Part shown: positions 1 to 8,992 of the stretch, piece after piece | Layout: every line of letters begins with the position of its first letter | Numbering within the stretch: the first letter of the stretch is position 1 | NCBI GenBank assembly: GCA_964541455.1 | Contig: CAZIPS010000002.1 | Location: 6,326 to 70,325, forward strand | Length of the DNA: 64,000 bases | Direction: 5' to 3' | DNA from: an uncultured Candidatus Saccharibacteria bacterium | Lineage (GTDB): Bacteria > Patescibacteriota > Minisyncoccia > Phycocordibacterales > JAKFXT01 | The notes under the pieces: generated by a model | What the model saw: the letters and a program-made list of their open reading frames with translations, nothing else | What the model was told of the DNA's origin: nothing | The model's database searches: none | Made by a program: the position numbers and the translations under genes

Positions 1-87
1 AAGGAAATACACAAAACGCTTGGCTTGGCGTGGGCCAATGCCGGGGAAATCGCGAAACTTTGAAGTGAGGGCATCAAGAGCGGACAT
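1..87 (-). CDS. recR: recombination protein RecR, N-terminal fragment (continues beyond the window start)
   Basis: Minus-strand ATG at 87 translates to MSALDALTSKFRDFPGIGPRQAKRFVYFL, matching the RecR N-terminal HhH 'LPGIGPK.A.R.A..LL' signature; the ORF runs off the window edge. Confidence 0.55.
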   Translation of the reverse strand, partial: MSALDALTSKFRDFPGIGPRQAKRFVYFL

Positions 88-104
88 GGCAGTGGAATAG
101 GTCT

Positions 105-1550
105 TTAGAATGATTCAACTGAAGTGTTTCCCGCTTCGTTAAAAGCACCGAAATCGTTTTTGTCGATAGAAAGGAAGGTGGTTTTCTTTTCATCATAATA
201 GAGATCTACTTTTCCCGTAGGGCCATTGCGATGCTTTTCTACGAGAATTTCGGCAATGTTTATTTTGTCAGAATCCTCTTTATACTTATCTTCACGATGG
301 ATAAACATCACCACATCAGCATCTTGTTCGATCGAACCTGAATCACGCAAGTCAGAAAGGCGAGGTTTCCCCCCACGTTGCTCAACGGCACGCGAGAGCT
401 GAGAAAGGGCGAGTACTGGCACATCGAGATCGCGTGCGAGATGTTTGAGGGAGCGAGAAAGTTCGGTTACTTGTTGCACCGCTGAATCGGAGTTTCTGGT
501 GTTAATAGGGGTCATGAGCTGAAGGTAATCAACGATAATAAGCCCAAGCCCGTTTTCTCTTTTCATGCGTCGTGCCACAGAGCGCATTTTAAGGATGTTG
601 TTTCCAGGTTGGTCATCGATGGTGATAGGCGCCTTGGAAAGTCGATCAAGTGAGTCACGGATACGATTAAAATCCTCGTCGAGTGAAATATTTCCAGTAC
701 GAAGGCTCCACGCATTCACTCGGGATTCTGCGGCGATCATACGATCAACGAGTTGCTCATTGCTCATTTCAAGAGAGAAGATACACACAGGATTTTTATG
801 CAAGGTTGCAGTTTGTCGAGCGATATCGAGAGCAAGCGCGGTTTTACCCATTGAAGGACGGGCGGCGAGAATGATGAGGTCTGATTTCTGTAGCCCTGCA
901 AGCATATTATCGAGGTCTTTGAACCCTGTTTTGATACCGCGTACTTCATTTTTGTTTTGATGCAGTTTTTCGATACGCTCCCATGCGTCTCCCAATACAT
1001 TTTTGAGTTCAATAAACTTTTTAGACCCGCCTGCATTATTAGTTAGTTCAAAAAGCTGATGTTCGGCTTTTTCAAGAAGCATTTCTACCTCTTCTCCCTC
1101 CTCATACCCCAAATCATTTATGCCTTCAGCAGCCTCAATCAACTTGCGCATCATGAACTTTTTATAAATGATGTCAGCGTAATACTTTATATTTGAAGCG
1201 GACGGCACACTGTTTACCAGATCAGTAAGATACGCAGCTCCACCTACCTGATCGAGATGCCCCTTTTCGCGAAGGCGAGAGGAAAGTGAGAGAAGATCGA
1301 TAGGATCGCTTTTGCTATAAAGCTCGAGCATTGCAGAGAAGATGAGGCGATGTTTTTCAGCGTAAAAACTTTCTGGAGAAATACTATCGATCACATCGAT
1401 CATTGCATCTGGACGAAGCATGATTGCTCCAAGGAGTGCACGTTCGGAATCAATGTTCTGTGGAGGTACTCGTAGGCGAGCCAAATCATAGCGTGTCTGT
1501 TTGTCTTCAAAGCTTTGTTTGAAGTTCTGTTTGTAGTGCTCTTTGGCCAT
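105..1550 (-). CDS. dnaB: replicative DNA helicase DnaB
   Basis: 481 aa; DnaB N-terminal domain (SERALLGAIML), Walker A GKTALALDIA, RecA-like C-terminal domain. Confidence 0.9.
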   Translation of the reverse strand: MAKEHYKQNFKQSFEDKQTRYDLARLRVPPQNIDSERALLGAIMLRPDAMIDVIDSISPESFYAEKHRLIFSAMLELYSKSDPIDLLSLSSRLREKGHLDQVGGAAYLTDLVNSVPSASNIKYYADIIYKKFMMRKLIEAAEGINDLGYEEGEEVEMLLEKAEHQLFELTNNAGGSKKFIELKNVLGDAWERIEKLHQNKNEVRGIKTGFKDLDNMLAGLQKSDLIILAARPSMGKTALALDIARQTATLHKNPVCIFSLEMSNEQLVDRMIAAESRVNAWSLRTGNISLDEDFNRIRDSLDRLSKAPITIDDQPGNNILKMRSVARRMKRENGLGLIIVDYLQLMTPINTRNSDSAVQQVTELSRSLKHLARDLDVPVLALSQLSRAVEQRGGKPRLSDLRDSGSIEQDADVVMFIHREDKYKEDSDKINIAEILVEKHRNGPTGKVDLYYDEKKTTFLSIDKNDFGAFNEAGNTSVESF

Positions 1551-1649
1551 TAGAAGTATTCTACCATGCTCTAAAAAGGGGGAGTGAAGGGGATTTAGGA
1601 GAGATTCGGGGAAAGACTGTGTATAAAGAGAGGGGTTCTGGGGAGGGTA

Positions 1650-1678
1650 TTGCTAAAAGTAGTTTTTTGTTATATAAT
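1650..1678 (+). promoter_or_regulatory. sigma70-like promoter TTGCTA-N17-TATAAT upstream of GC-rich cassette 1
   Basis: TTGCTA at 1650-1655, 17-nt spacer, TATAAT at 1673-1678; spacer contains AGTTTTTTG; 22/29 positions identical to the module at 19618-19646. Confidence 0.4.
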
Positions 1679-1736
1679 AAAGTTCGGTAAGTTTTTTCGA
1701 TTAATTTTTTTGGCCTATGGGCCGAGGAGGTATGGG

Positions 1737-2039
1737 ATGTACAATCCCGACAATGCCAATCCCGACAGGGATACGACCCCGATTGCTCACGTGGAGCGGC
1801 TGGGGGACATCATCCACAGCATGCTCGGGGCGAGGATTGTGTATCGCCCTTGGCAGCTCGCAGGACCTTCTGAGCAGAACGAAATCCTGCTGCAGAAGGC
1901 AGGCGAAATCTGCGTGGTCACCGTGAAAGCGGGAGATCGCCGGCAGGCTTTCGAGGTGAGCAACCTCGGGGCGCAGTTCCTGGCGCTGGTGAAGGTCCTG
2001 AGCCACCAGACCGGGTTCGAGTACCGCGAAGTATTCTGA
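1737..2039 (+). CDS. hypothetical protein, GC-rich cassette 1 (100 aa, MYNPDNANPDRDTTPIAHVERLGDIIHSML...)
   Basis: ATG at 1737 lies 6 nt after GAGGAGG (1724-1730); about 60% GC in a roughly 40% GC neighbourhood; stop lies 16 nt before a hairpin terminator; no family recognised. Confidence 0.55.
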   Translation: MYNPDNANPDRDTTPIAHVERLGDIIHSMLGARIVYRPWQLAGPSEQNEILLQKAGEICVVTVKAGDRRQAFEVSNLGAQFLALVKVLSHQTGFEYREVF

Positions 2040-2054
2040 GGCGGTACTCGGGCG

Positions 2055-2086
2055 AGCGTGCGCAGCGATGCGCACGCTTTTTTTAT
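2055..2086 (+). terminator. intrinsic terminator of cassette 1
   Basis: 9-bp GC stem AGCGTGCGC/GCGCACGCT with 6-nt loop, followed by TTTTTTTATTT; the T-run overlaps the cysS stop codon. Confidence 0.6.
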
Positions 2087-3459
2087 TTCTTACTAACTTT
2101 TACTCCGTCCGGAGTATCATCGATATGATAGCCAAGGTTTGCTATTTCGGTGCGAAGCATGTCAGAGCGGGCAAAGTCTTTCTTTTCGCGCGCCACCTCA
2201 CGTTCTTTGAGAAGGTTTTGTACGGCAATGGGGATTTCAATACTTTCTTCCTCTATTTTTTCATCAAGTCGTAATCCAAGCACTTCATCGAATTTTAAAA
2301 TAGTTGCTTTCTTGTCGGCATCAGTAATGTCTGATTTCAAGACTTCAAATATAAGCGCAAGCGCTTGCGGGGTTCCCAAGTCATCGTTAATGAAAGAAGT
2401 GAATTGGTTGAGGAAATTACTATCTACTTTTCCATCCTCTGGCATCTGCCATAGTGCACGAATAATATTTTTCCTAGCGATACCAGCTGCATTTACTGCC
2501 TCCCAGCTAAAATTCATTGGACTTCTATAGTGAGTGGTGAGTAGTAAGTAACGGTAGACAAGTGGGACATCTCCCTTTTGTACAAAATCTACTAGCGTAA
2601 TAAAGTTCTCACCACTTTTTGCCATTTTATCCTCACCAACGTTTAGATGGGCATTGTGAAGCCAGTAGTTTACATATTTTTTATCATTGGCTTTTTCTGA
2701 TTGGGCAATCTCGTTATTGTGATGTACTGGGATATGGTCGATGCCACCAGTATGAATATCGAATGGTTGTCCTAGGTATTTTTCACTCATAGCAGAACAC
2801 TCTATGTGCCACCCCGGAAACCCTTTACCCCACGGAGCATCATAGCCAAGTTCGGCATTAAATTTCCAAAGGGCGAAGTCGCGCGGGTTTTTCTTTTCAG
2901 CGTTTAGTCCAATACGAGAATGTTCATCATTAGTACTTACTGCACCACCAAGCTCACCGTATGAGGGGAAGCTTTGGGTGTCAAAATATACCCCATCGCT
3001 TGTTGTGTAGGTAGCACCTTTGTCCACTAGCTTTTGAATAAGTTCGATATCTTCTTTGATATGGTCACTTGCAAAAGGGAAGTGGTGAGGTGTCTCAATA
3101 TTTAGTTGTTGTAAGTCTTCCTTAAATTTTTCAAAATAAAAATTGGCTATTTCGCGCATGGCTTCAAGCGTCATGGGTTTACCTTCACGTTTTAGTGCAC
3201 GGGTCATTTTATCATCGCCATCATCCCCATCACTTGAAAGATGTCCTATATCAGTAACATTTATTACTTGAGTTACTTTGTAAGTGTTGAACTCAAGGGT
3301 ACGGCGAAGTATGTCAGCAAACACATAAGCCCTTAGGTTACCAATGTGGGCATAATTGTAGACGGTGGGGCCACAGTTATACATACGCACTTCACCTTCT
3401 TTTATGGGGACAAACTCCTCCTTTTGCTTGGTAAGGGTATTATAGAAAAAAAGCTTCAT
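2083..3459 (-). CDS. cysS: cysteinyl-tRNA synthetase
   Basis: 458 aa; class I HIGH motif (YAHIGNLRAY) and KMSKS (KMAKSGENF); CysRS-like fold throughout. Confidence 0.9.
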   Translation of the reverse strand: MKLFFYNTLTKQKEEFVPIKEGEVRMYNCGPTVYNYAHIGNLRAYVFADILRRTLEFNTYKVTQVINVTDIGHLSSDGDDGDDKMTRALKREGKPMTLEAMREIANFYFEKFKEDLQQLNIETPHHFPFASDHIKEDIELIQKLVDKGATYTTSDGVYFDTQSFPSYGELGGAVSTNDEHSRIGLNAEKKNPRDFALWKFNAELGYDAPWGKGFPGWHIECSAMSEKYLGQPFDIHTGGIDHIPVHHNNEIAQSEKANDKKYVNYWLHNAHLNVGEDKMAKSGENFITLVDFVQKGDVPLVYRYLLLTTHYRSPMNFSWEAVNAAGIARKNIIRALWQMPEDGKVDSNFLNQFTSFINDDLGTPQALALIFEVLKSDITDADKKATILKFDEVLGLRLDEKIEEESIEIPIAVQNLLKEREVAREKKDFARSDMLRTEIANLGYHIDDTPDGVKVSKK

Positions 3460-3496
3460 GCTCTAGAGTGTATCTTAAAACAGTAACCTTGCACAA

Positions 3497-4411
3497 CTAG
3501 AGCCAATTCTTGTGTTTAAAGTAGGTAAACATAAGAATAGTGATACCTATCATAATGCCGATAATCTCGAAAAATCCATACGGACTCCCCACAATAGGGG
3601 TGATGGTGGTATTCATACCAAACACTCCTGCGATTAAGGAAAGAGGGAGCATGATGAATGAGATAAGCGCTAAGACCCGCATAGTTTCGTTCTGTTTAGT
3701 TGAAAGGAGGGAGTCGTTTGTTGCACGAAGCTCATTTAAAGTGTCAGTATTTGCTTCAATAGCGCTCTGTACCCGCGAATAAGAGCCAAGGATAGCTTGT
3801 ATGTAGTAGTTAAAATCTTCGCCAAAAAATTTACGTACAGCAAGTTCAAGTGAGGCGAGCACTTCATCGTGTAGTGAGAGTGATTGCTTGAATTGCAAAA
3901 TTTCCCGCGCGACTTTGGAGAGTTCAAAGACCATCTGGCGTTCATTGCCTAAGAAAATACGGTTCTCAATAATCTTAAGGCGATCGGTGACATAGTCGAG
4001 TTCATGAGTGAGTGACTTATATAGTTTCTTGATCATGTGGAAGAAAATGAAGCCCGCATGGTCGCCTAAACTTTCTTTTTCGAGGATCGTGTTTACTTCA
4101 AATACTTTGCCGAATTTATGTAGGGCATCTATTGAGTCGTAGTGGGTAGTAATCAGAAAATTTTTACCAATGACAAAGTCGATCTCCTGATTTTGGTCAT
4201 CGCCATGGGAATGATGGAGGGCGGGGAAGTGGAGGATAAGGTAGATATAGTCTTTGTAGAGATCAACTTTTGGTTTGAGGCTCGGGGTCATAAGGTCTTC
4301 TGCGACGCGCGGATCAAGAGCATAGCGGCCCATGAGTGTACGCACCTCTTCAAGTGAAGGAGAGGTGAGGTCGATCCATGTTAAATCTTTATTTTTGTAC
4401 TCTTTAATCAT
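3497..4411 (-). CDS. corA: CorA-family magnesium/cobalt transporter
   Basis: 304 aa; C-terminal two TM helices with the GMN motif (VFGMNTT). Confidence 0.8.
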   Translation of the reverse strand: MIKEYKNKDLTWIDLTSPSLEEVRTLMGRYALDPRVAEDLMTPSLKPKVDLYKDYIYLILHFPALHHSHGDDQNQEIDFVIGKNFLITTHYDSIDALHKFGKVFEVNTILEKESLGDHAGFIFFHMIKKLYKSLTHELDYVTDRLKIIENRIFLGNERQMVFELSKVAREILQFKQSLSLHDEVLASLELAVRKFFGEDFNYYIQAILGSYSRVQSAIEANTDTLNELRATNDSLLSTKQNETMRVLALISFIMLPLSLIAGVFGMNTTITPIVGSPYGFFEIIGIMIGITILMFTYFKHKNWL

Positions 4412-4505
4412 CCGTGTAATGTAGTGTTCTACCCATTATATAGAAGGAGCTTCTTGTTGGTAAAGGGACTGTTCTGTATAATGCGCTATATCTTTTCTTT
4501 TTTTC

Positions 4506-5780
4506 ATGTCACCTAAAACTCATTTTAAATTATATGTGTTGCCGACCATTTTGGCCGGTCTTTTAATTGCCGGCACTTTTTCGCTCGGTGTGTATATCGG
4601 CAGTCGTCACAGTGTGAGTGTTACAGTGCCGAGTCTTACTACTTCAGATGGACAAAAGGTTGATATAGATGATTTTTGGAAGGCATGGAGGATCCTTAAT
4701 GAAAAGTTTGTGGGAGACAGTGTGCCCAAAGATCAGGACAAGGTCTATGGGGCTATTGCGGGACTCGCTGCTTCGTATAAGGACTCCTATACTGTGTTCT
4801 TTCCTCCTGTTGAAGCAAAGTCATTTAATGAACAGGTGAGTGGGGCGTTTGAAGGAGTGGGGATGGAGGTTGATATAAAAAATGGCGTACTTACGGTGAT
4901 TGCCCCTATTAAGGATGCTCCGGCTGATAAGGCAGGAATGCTTCCGGGGGATCATATTTTAAAGATTGATGGGAAGGTAACGCTTGGGATGGCAGTTGAA
5001 GATGCAGTTAGGCTTATCAAAGGTAAAAAGGGAACAACAGTAGTGTTGAATATTACACGTTCAGGCAAAAAAGATCCTTTCGATGTCTCGATTGTGCGCG
5101 ACAAAATTGATATCCCTTCTCTTAAAAGCGAGATGCGTAAAGATGGAACATATGTGATAAGTATCGCTACGTTTTCTGCACCATCATATATTCAGTTCCG
5201 CGAAGCGTTGCGTAAGTTTGTTGAAACAAAAAGTGACAGGCTTATCATTGATTTGCGCGGCAACCCTGGTGGATATCTTGAGGCGGCAGTTGATATTGCG
5301 AGTTGGTTCTTGCCACAAGGGGATGTAGTGGTGAGTGAGGATTTCGGGAAAAAGCACGATCCAATTTACCATCGAAGTACTGGGTACAACATTTTTAACG
5401 ATAAATTGAAACTCATCATTTTGATTAATGGTGGTTCTGCATCAGCTTCAGAAATCCTTTCAGGAGCGCTCCATGATCATGGCAAGGCACGGTTGTTGGG
5501 GGAGAAGAGTTTCGGAAAAGGGTCAGTGCAGGAGTTGGTGCCAATTACGAGCGACACGTCACTTAAGGTTACGATTGCTCGCTGGCTTACCCCAAATGGT
5601 ACTTCAATTTCACATCAAGGTATTGTGCCAGATATTGTAGTACCTATGACACTCGACGATTATAAGAACAAGGGGGATATCCAAATGGAAAAAGCAGCTG
5701 AAATACTGCGCCAAGAAACGGCTACCTCATCAACAGCCTATGTGTTGAACGCCCCGCAGTTCACAGTAACTTCCCATTAG
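4506..5780 (+). CDS. S41 C-terminal processing (tail-specific) peptidase with PDZ domain
   Basis: 424 aa; N-terminal TM anchor, PDZ (GMLPGDHILKIDGK), S41 catalytic region (IDLRGNPGGYL, GGSASASEI, K dyad). Confidence 0.85.
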   Translation: MSPKTHFKLYVLPTILAGLLIAGTFSLGVYIGSRHSVSVTVPSLTTSDGQKVDIDDFWKAWRILNEKFVGDSVPKDQDKVYGAIAGLAASYKDSYTVFFPPVEAKSFNEQVSGAFEGVGMEVDIKNGVLTVIAPIKDAPADKAGMLPGDHILKIDGKVTLGMAVEDAVRLIKGKKGTTVVLNITRSGKKDPFDVSIVRDKIDIPSLKSEMRKDGTYVISIATFSAPSYIQFREALRKFVETKSDRLIIDLRGNPGGYLEAAVDIASWFLPQGDVVVSEDFGKKHDPIYHRSTGYNIFNDKLKLIILINGGSASASEILSGALHDHGKARLLGEKSFGKGSVQELVPITSDTSLKVTIARWLTPNGTSISHQGIVPDIVVPMTLDDYKNKGDIQMEKAAEILRQETATSSTAYVLNAPQFTVTSH

Positions 5781-5846
5781 TGAGGCGTGACAGGACTACC
5801 TGAATAAGGTAGTATCCTCTTATTATTATCTTTACGTACATTCACT

Positions 5847-6290
5847 ATGAAAGTTGTATTTCTACAAGATGTTGCGCGTGTCGGACGTAAGTACGATGTA
5901 AAGGAAGTTTCTTCTGGCTATGCTTCAAATTTCTTGTTTCCTCGTAAGCTTGCGGTAGTAGCAAGCCCTGAAATGGTAGCAAAAGTTGAAGAAAAAAGAG
6001 CCAAGGAGCTCGATATGCGCAAAATGCAGGATGATCTTCTCATAAAGAGCCTCGAGGCGCTTAAGGAAGTAACGGTTACCTTAAAAGAGAAGGCTAATGA
6101 AGAGGGGCATTTATATGCAAAGATTCGCAATGAGGATGTCGTTGCAGCCCTTAAAGAGCAGACAGGCATTGAGTTACAGCCAGCCTTGCTCACAAACACA
6201 GATCCTCTTAAGGCAGTTGGTGAGTATGAGATGGAGGTGCTCGTTCAAGATAAAAAAGCGCATTTTAAAGTGGTTGTTGAAGCACTGTAG
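5847..6290 (+). CDS. rplI: 50S ribosomal protein L9
   Basis: 147 aa; MKVVFLQDVARVGRKYDVKEVSSGYASNFLFPRKLA is the L9 N-terminal signature. Confidence 0.9.
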   Translation: MKVVFLQDVARVGRKYDVKEVSSGYASNFLFPRKLAVVASPEMVAKVEEKRAKELDMRKMQDDLLIKSLEALKEVTVTLKEKANEEGHLYAKIRNEDVVAALKEQTGIELQPALLTNTDPLKAVGEYEMEVLVQDKKAHFKVVVEAL

Positions 6291-6311
6291 GAATAGACAA
6301 AAAAAATGTAA

Positions 6312-6345
6312 CAAAAACCCTCTGTGTACAGAGGGTTTTTGTTTT
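6312..6345. terminator. bidirectional intrinsic terminator between rplI and rpmA
   Basis: AAAACCCTCTGTGTACAGAGGGTTTTT palindrome with A-run before and T-run after. Confidence 0.6.
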
Positions 6346-6350
6346 AGAGC

Positions 6351-6623
6351 TTATTTTACGTGAGCTACTTTTTTGAGGATGGTTTTGCCGTCAAAGTGTG
6401 TCTTGCGAGTAGTGCCATAGGAAACAGTTCCTTCTTTGAGTGCATAAAGCGTATGGTCTTTTCCAATACCCACATTTAAGCCAGGAAGGATGCGTGTGCC
6501 ACGTTGGCGGATGATAATAGCACCAGCCTTTGCTTTTTCGCCAGCATAAAGTTTAGTACCCAAATACTGGGCGTTTGAGTCTGTCAGGTTTTTGGCGGAA
6601 CCTCCCGCTTTTCGTGTTGCCAT
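6351..6623 (-). CDS. rpmA: 50S ribosomal protein L27
   Basis: 90 aa; [22 protein letters not shown] matches the L27 N-terminal signature. Confidence 0.9.
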   Translation of the reverse strand: MATRKAGGSAKNLTDSNAQYLGTKLYAGEKAKAGAIIIRQRGTRILPGLNVGIGKDHTLYALKEGTVSYGTTRKTHFDGKTILKKVAHVK

Positions 6624-6700
6624 ACGTTAGTTTTGTAGTCGGCTAGGAGTGGTTTATAGTTATAAGAGGAATTAGGTAATTCCAGACCATCCCAGCAACA

Positions 6701-7177
6701 ATGGAGACAACTATAAAGGAAAGTAGGAAAAATAGCAAGGTACCCTTTGGGGAAAGTTTGCTTTTGACCAATAAGCCAAAAAATGGCTTAACAGCAGGCT
6801 TTTTGAGGGTTTCTGAGGAGGTGTATATCGCCCTTATTATCACCTTGGTGGCTTTTTTAGGGTTTGGCCTTGGGAGATTTTCGATGGTGCAAAAAAGCAG
6901 TAGTAAGACCCAAGTCAAGCTTATTCAGGGAGGGGGAGGGGAAGCAGCCCTTGTGGCAGATAAAGGTGTTTCTGTGGTGGATACGGGGACTACAGGAGGG
7001 GAGGTGTCCACTACTACGCTTAGCGCAACAGAAGTGGTGGCTTCAAAGCAGGGGACAAAATATCACTACACATGGTGCCCCGGGGCGTCTAAGATAAGCC
7101 CAAGTAACAAAATTTCTTTTACTTCTGAGGCTGCTGCGATTGTCGCAGGGTATACGAAAGCAAGTAACTGCAAATAA
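6701..7177 (+). CDS. membrane-anchored protein with C-terminal Ada-like Zn-binding-type Cys motif domain
   Basis: 158 aa; one TM helix; Gly/Thr-rich linker; C-terminal YHYTWCPG...NKISFTSEAAAIVAGYTKASNC resembles the Ada N-terminal metal-binding pattern (C-x3-C...F.S..EA..AG(F/Y)..C..C); the N-terminal start is uncertain. Confidence 0.5.
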   Translation: METTIKESRKNSKVPFGESLLLTNKPKNGLTAGFLRVSEEVYIALIITLVAFLGFGLGRFSMVQKSSSKTQVKLIQGGGGEAALVADKGVSVVDTGTTGGEVSTTTLSATEVVASKQGTKYHYTWCPGASKISPSNKISFTSEAAAIVAGYTKASNCK

Positions 7178-7202
7178 GTAGTACTTCATATATACTAAGC
7201 AC

Positions 7203-7802
7203 ATGATTGCACTTGATATAGAAGCAAGCGGAGTAGATTATCAGAAAAATTCGATTATTAGTATCGGAGCACTTGATACTGAACATCCTACCAATCGGTT
7301 TTATGGTGAATGTCGTGTCTGGGAAGGCTCGCATATTTCAGAGGATACTATGGAGTTTCTTCAGATGACTGAAGCACAGTTTCGTGATTCTACTAAACAA
7401 ACTGAAGCCGATCTTTTGCTTACTTTTCTTTCGTGGAGTGAAGGGGTGCGGGACAGAACGTTTTTAGGTCAGAATGTTTCTTTTGATCGAGATTATCTAA
7501 AGGCGGCATGTGATCGAATACATCATGAATGGAATTTTGCGCACCGCACTGTTGATACACATTCACTTTGTTACATGCACATGATTAAGCGAGGACTTAC
7601 TCCGCCTTTTAATGAAGAGCATCATCGTACCGCACTTAATCTCGATAGTATTCTTCTTTATTGTGGGATCCCAGAAGAACCACAGCCACATAATGCACTT
7701 ACCGGTGCACTATCTCACGCTGAAGTGGCACATCGGTTACTCTATGATAAGAAGTTTTTGCCTGAATTTGATCAATTTGAAATTCCTTGGCAGAAGGCGT
7801 AA
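7203..7802 (+). CDS. DEDDh-family 3'-5' exonuclease (DnaQ/oligoribonuclease-like)
   Basis: 199 aa; Exo I motif IALDIEASG, Exo III-like H...D (HNALTGALSHAEVAH). Confidence 0.7.
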   Translation: MIALDIEASGVDYQKNSIISIGALDTEHPTNRFYGECRVWEGSHISEDTMEFLQMTEAQFRDSTKQTEADLLLTFLSWSEGVRDRTFLGQNVSFDRDYLKAACDRIHHEWNFAHRTVDTHSLCYMHMIKRGLTPPFNEEHHRTALNLDSILLYCGIPEEPQPHNALTGALSHAEVAHRLLYDKKFLPEFDQFEIPWQKA

Positions 7803-7814
7803 GATGCTTTTTAT

Positions 7815-8027
7815 ATGGAACATAATGTAACCAAGAAATTATACCTCTCTGCTACTGACCGGAAGATTGCAGGAGTGTTTGGCGGTTTGGCGGCTTACTT
7901 TAATATTGATTCAACGATACTCCGCTTAGGTTTTCTCCTTGTGCTTGTGTGTACAGCATTTTTCCCCATGACTATCTTTTATCTACTTGCTTGGGCAGTG
8001 ATCCCAGAAGAGCCTATTCATAAGTAG
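7815..8027 (+). CDS. PspC-domain membrane protein
   Basis: 70 aa; LYLSATDRKIAGVFGGLAAYFNIDSTILRLGF matches the PspC domain, followed by a TM helix. Confidence 0.7.
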   Translation: MEHNVTKKLYLSATDRKIAGVFGGLAAYFNIDSTILRLGFLLVLVCTAFFPMTIFYLLAWAVIPEEPIHK

Positions 8028-8042
8028 GTAGTTTTGAATATT

Positions 8043-8070
8043 GTCGGGGTATAGTGTATCGGTAACACAC
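8043..8070 (+). repeat. 28-bp exact duplicate of the tRNA-Pro 5' end (-2 to +26) located 144 bp upstream of the gene
   Basis: GTCGGGGTATAGTGTATCGGTAACACAC is identical to 8185-8212; it diverges at the anticodon stem. Confidence 0.7.
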
Positions 8071-8186
8071 ATGATGGGGGTCGAGCAAGACACAATAAAG
8101 TAAACAGTTTTACTTTATTATGCTAGTGAGACAAATTTTCTCATATGGTTTACCATGAGAAAATTTCGGTTTTTTGGAGGCATCGT

Positions 8187-8258
8187 CGGGGTATAGTGTA
8201 TCGGTAACACACGTGCATGGGGTGCACGTAACGCTGGGTTCGACTCCCAGTACCCCGA
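8187..8258 (+). tRNA. tRNA-Pro (anticodon GGG)
   Basis: Manual fold: 7-bp acceptor CGGGGTA/TACCCCG (C1:G72, A73), D-arm GTGT/ACAC, anticodon stem CGTGC/GCACG with loop ATGGGGT (U33, GGG, G37), variable loop TAACG, T-arm CTGGG-TTCGACT-CCCAG; no encoded CCA. Confidence 0.8.
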
Positions 8259-8287
8259 CGATGGCCCTAAAAAACGTAACTAAAAAC

Positions 8288-8308
8288 TCCCAGTATCCCG
8301 ACAATGTT
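8288..8308 (+). repeat. 21-bp near-duplicate (2 mismatches) of the tRNA-Pro 3' end located 30 bp downstream of the gene
   Basis: ACTCCCAGTATCCCGACAATG versus the tRNA 3' ACTCCCAGTACCCCGACGATG. Confidence 0.6.
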
Positions 8309-8375
8309 TCCAACAGCTCACAAAAGTAAAAAGCCGGGGTTAGCCAGCTTTTTACTTTTGTGAGACGAGTTCTAT

Positions 8376-8864
8376 TTACATCCCCATGGTATTACCCATG
8401 TTGTTTGCCATCTTGCTATCCATGCTCATCATTTCTGAGCCATGCTTAGCAACAAGAAGAATACCACCAACAATAGCAAGATTCTTAAGTACGCTTACCC
8501 AGTCAACTTGGAAAGGAACGCCAGCTGGAGCAAGAACACTTGTGTGTACAAGTACGGTTGCAATCACTGTGAAGATAACGAGCATCCATGCACCAATGCG
8601 AGTTTTATATCCAACAAGAATAGAAAGCGCGCCACCAACTTCAAAAATAACGGCAAGTCCAGCCCATACCATACCAGGAAGCACATGGAGGGCTGTCCCT
8701 AGGTTAGCTGAAAGCTGACTAAAGCCAACGATTTTTTGCCAGCCGGCAAAAAGAAATACTATAGCAATAAAGACGCGAGCAATAACAGGAGCCCACATAT
8801 CTACTTTATTACTCCACATCTGCAACTTTTCCTTCATATAGATACAATAAAATTTACTATTCAA
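8376..8864 (-). CDS. DoxX-family membrane protein
   Basis: 162 aa; WAPVIARVFIAIVFLFAGWQKI and 4 TM helices typical of DoxX; the true start may be the internal Met at 8837; 14-bp-stem hairpin (8310-8349) downstream. Confidence 0.65.
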   Translation of the reverse strand: MNSKFYCIYMKEKLQMWSNKVDMWAPVIARVFIAIVFLFAGWQKIVGFSQLSANLGTALHVLPGMVWAGLAVIFEVGGALSILVGYKTRIGAWMLVIFTVIATVLVHTSVLAPAGVPFQVDWVSVLKNLAIVGGILLVAKHGSEMMSMDSKMANNMGNTMGM

Positions 8865-8992
8865 TAATGGAGCTATTATACTCTAAAATACGGTTTTTGG
8901 GGGGAGGGGAGTGGATAAGCAATAAAAGGCCACAGCACTGCTACTTTTGTCGGTAATGATTAGTTATAAGCATAGTATGTTTACAAGATGAG

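Noticed and set aside
565-1036. Plus- and minus-strand ORFs (565-960, 683-874, 764-1036) inside dnaB
   Set aside because: Shadow ORFs overlapping a strongly supported helicase gene; no translation signals and no homology
1717-1926. Alternative 69-aa frame (MGRGGMGCTIPT...) in cassette 1
   Set aside because: Its ATG is 1 nt after the SD and it ends about 130 nt before the terminator; the 1737 frame has proper SD spacing and ends at the terminator
8110-8313. 67-aa minus-strand ORF overlapping tRNA-Pro
   Set aside because: It overlaps a well-folded tRNA gene and its flanking repeats; it is an artefact of the tRNA region
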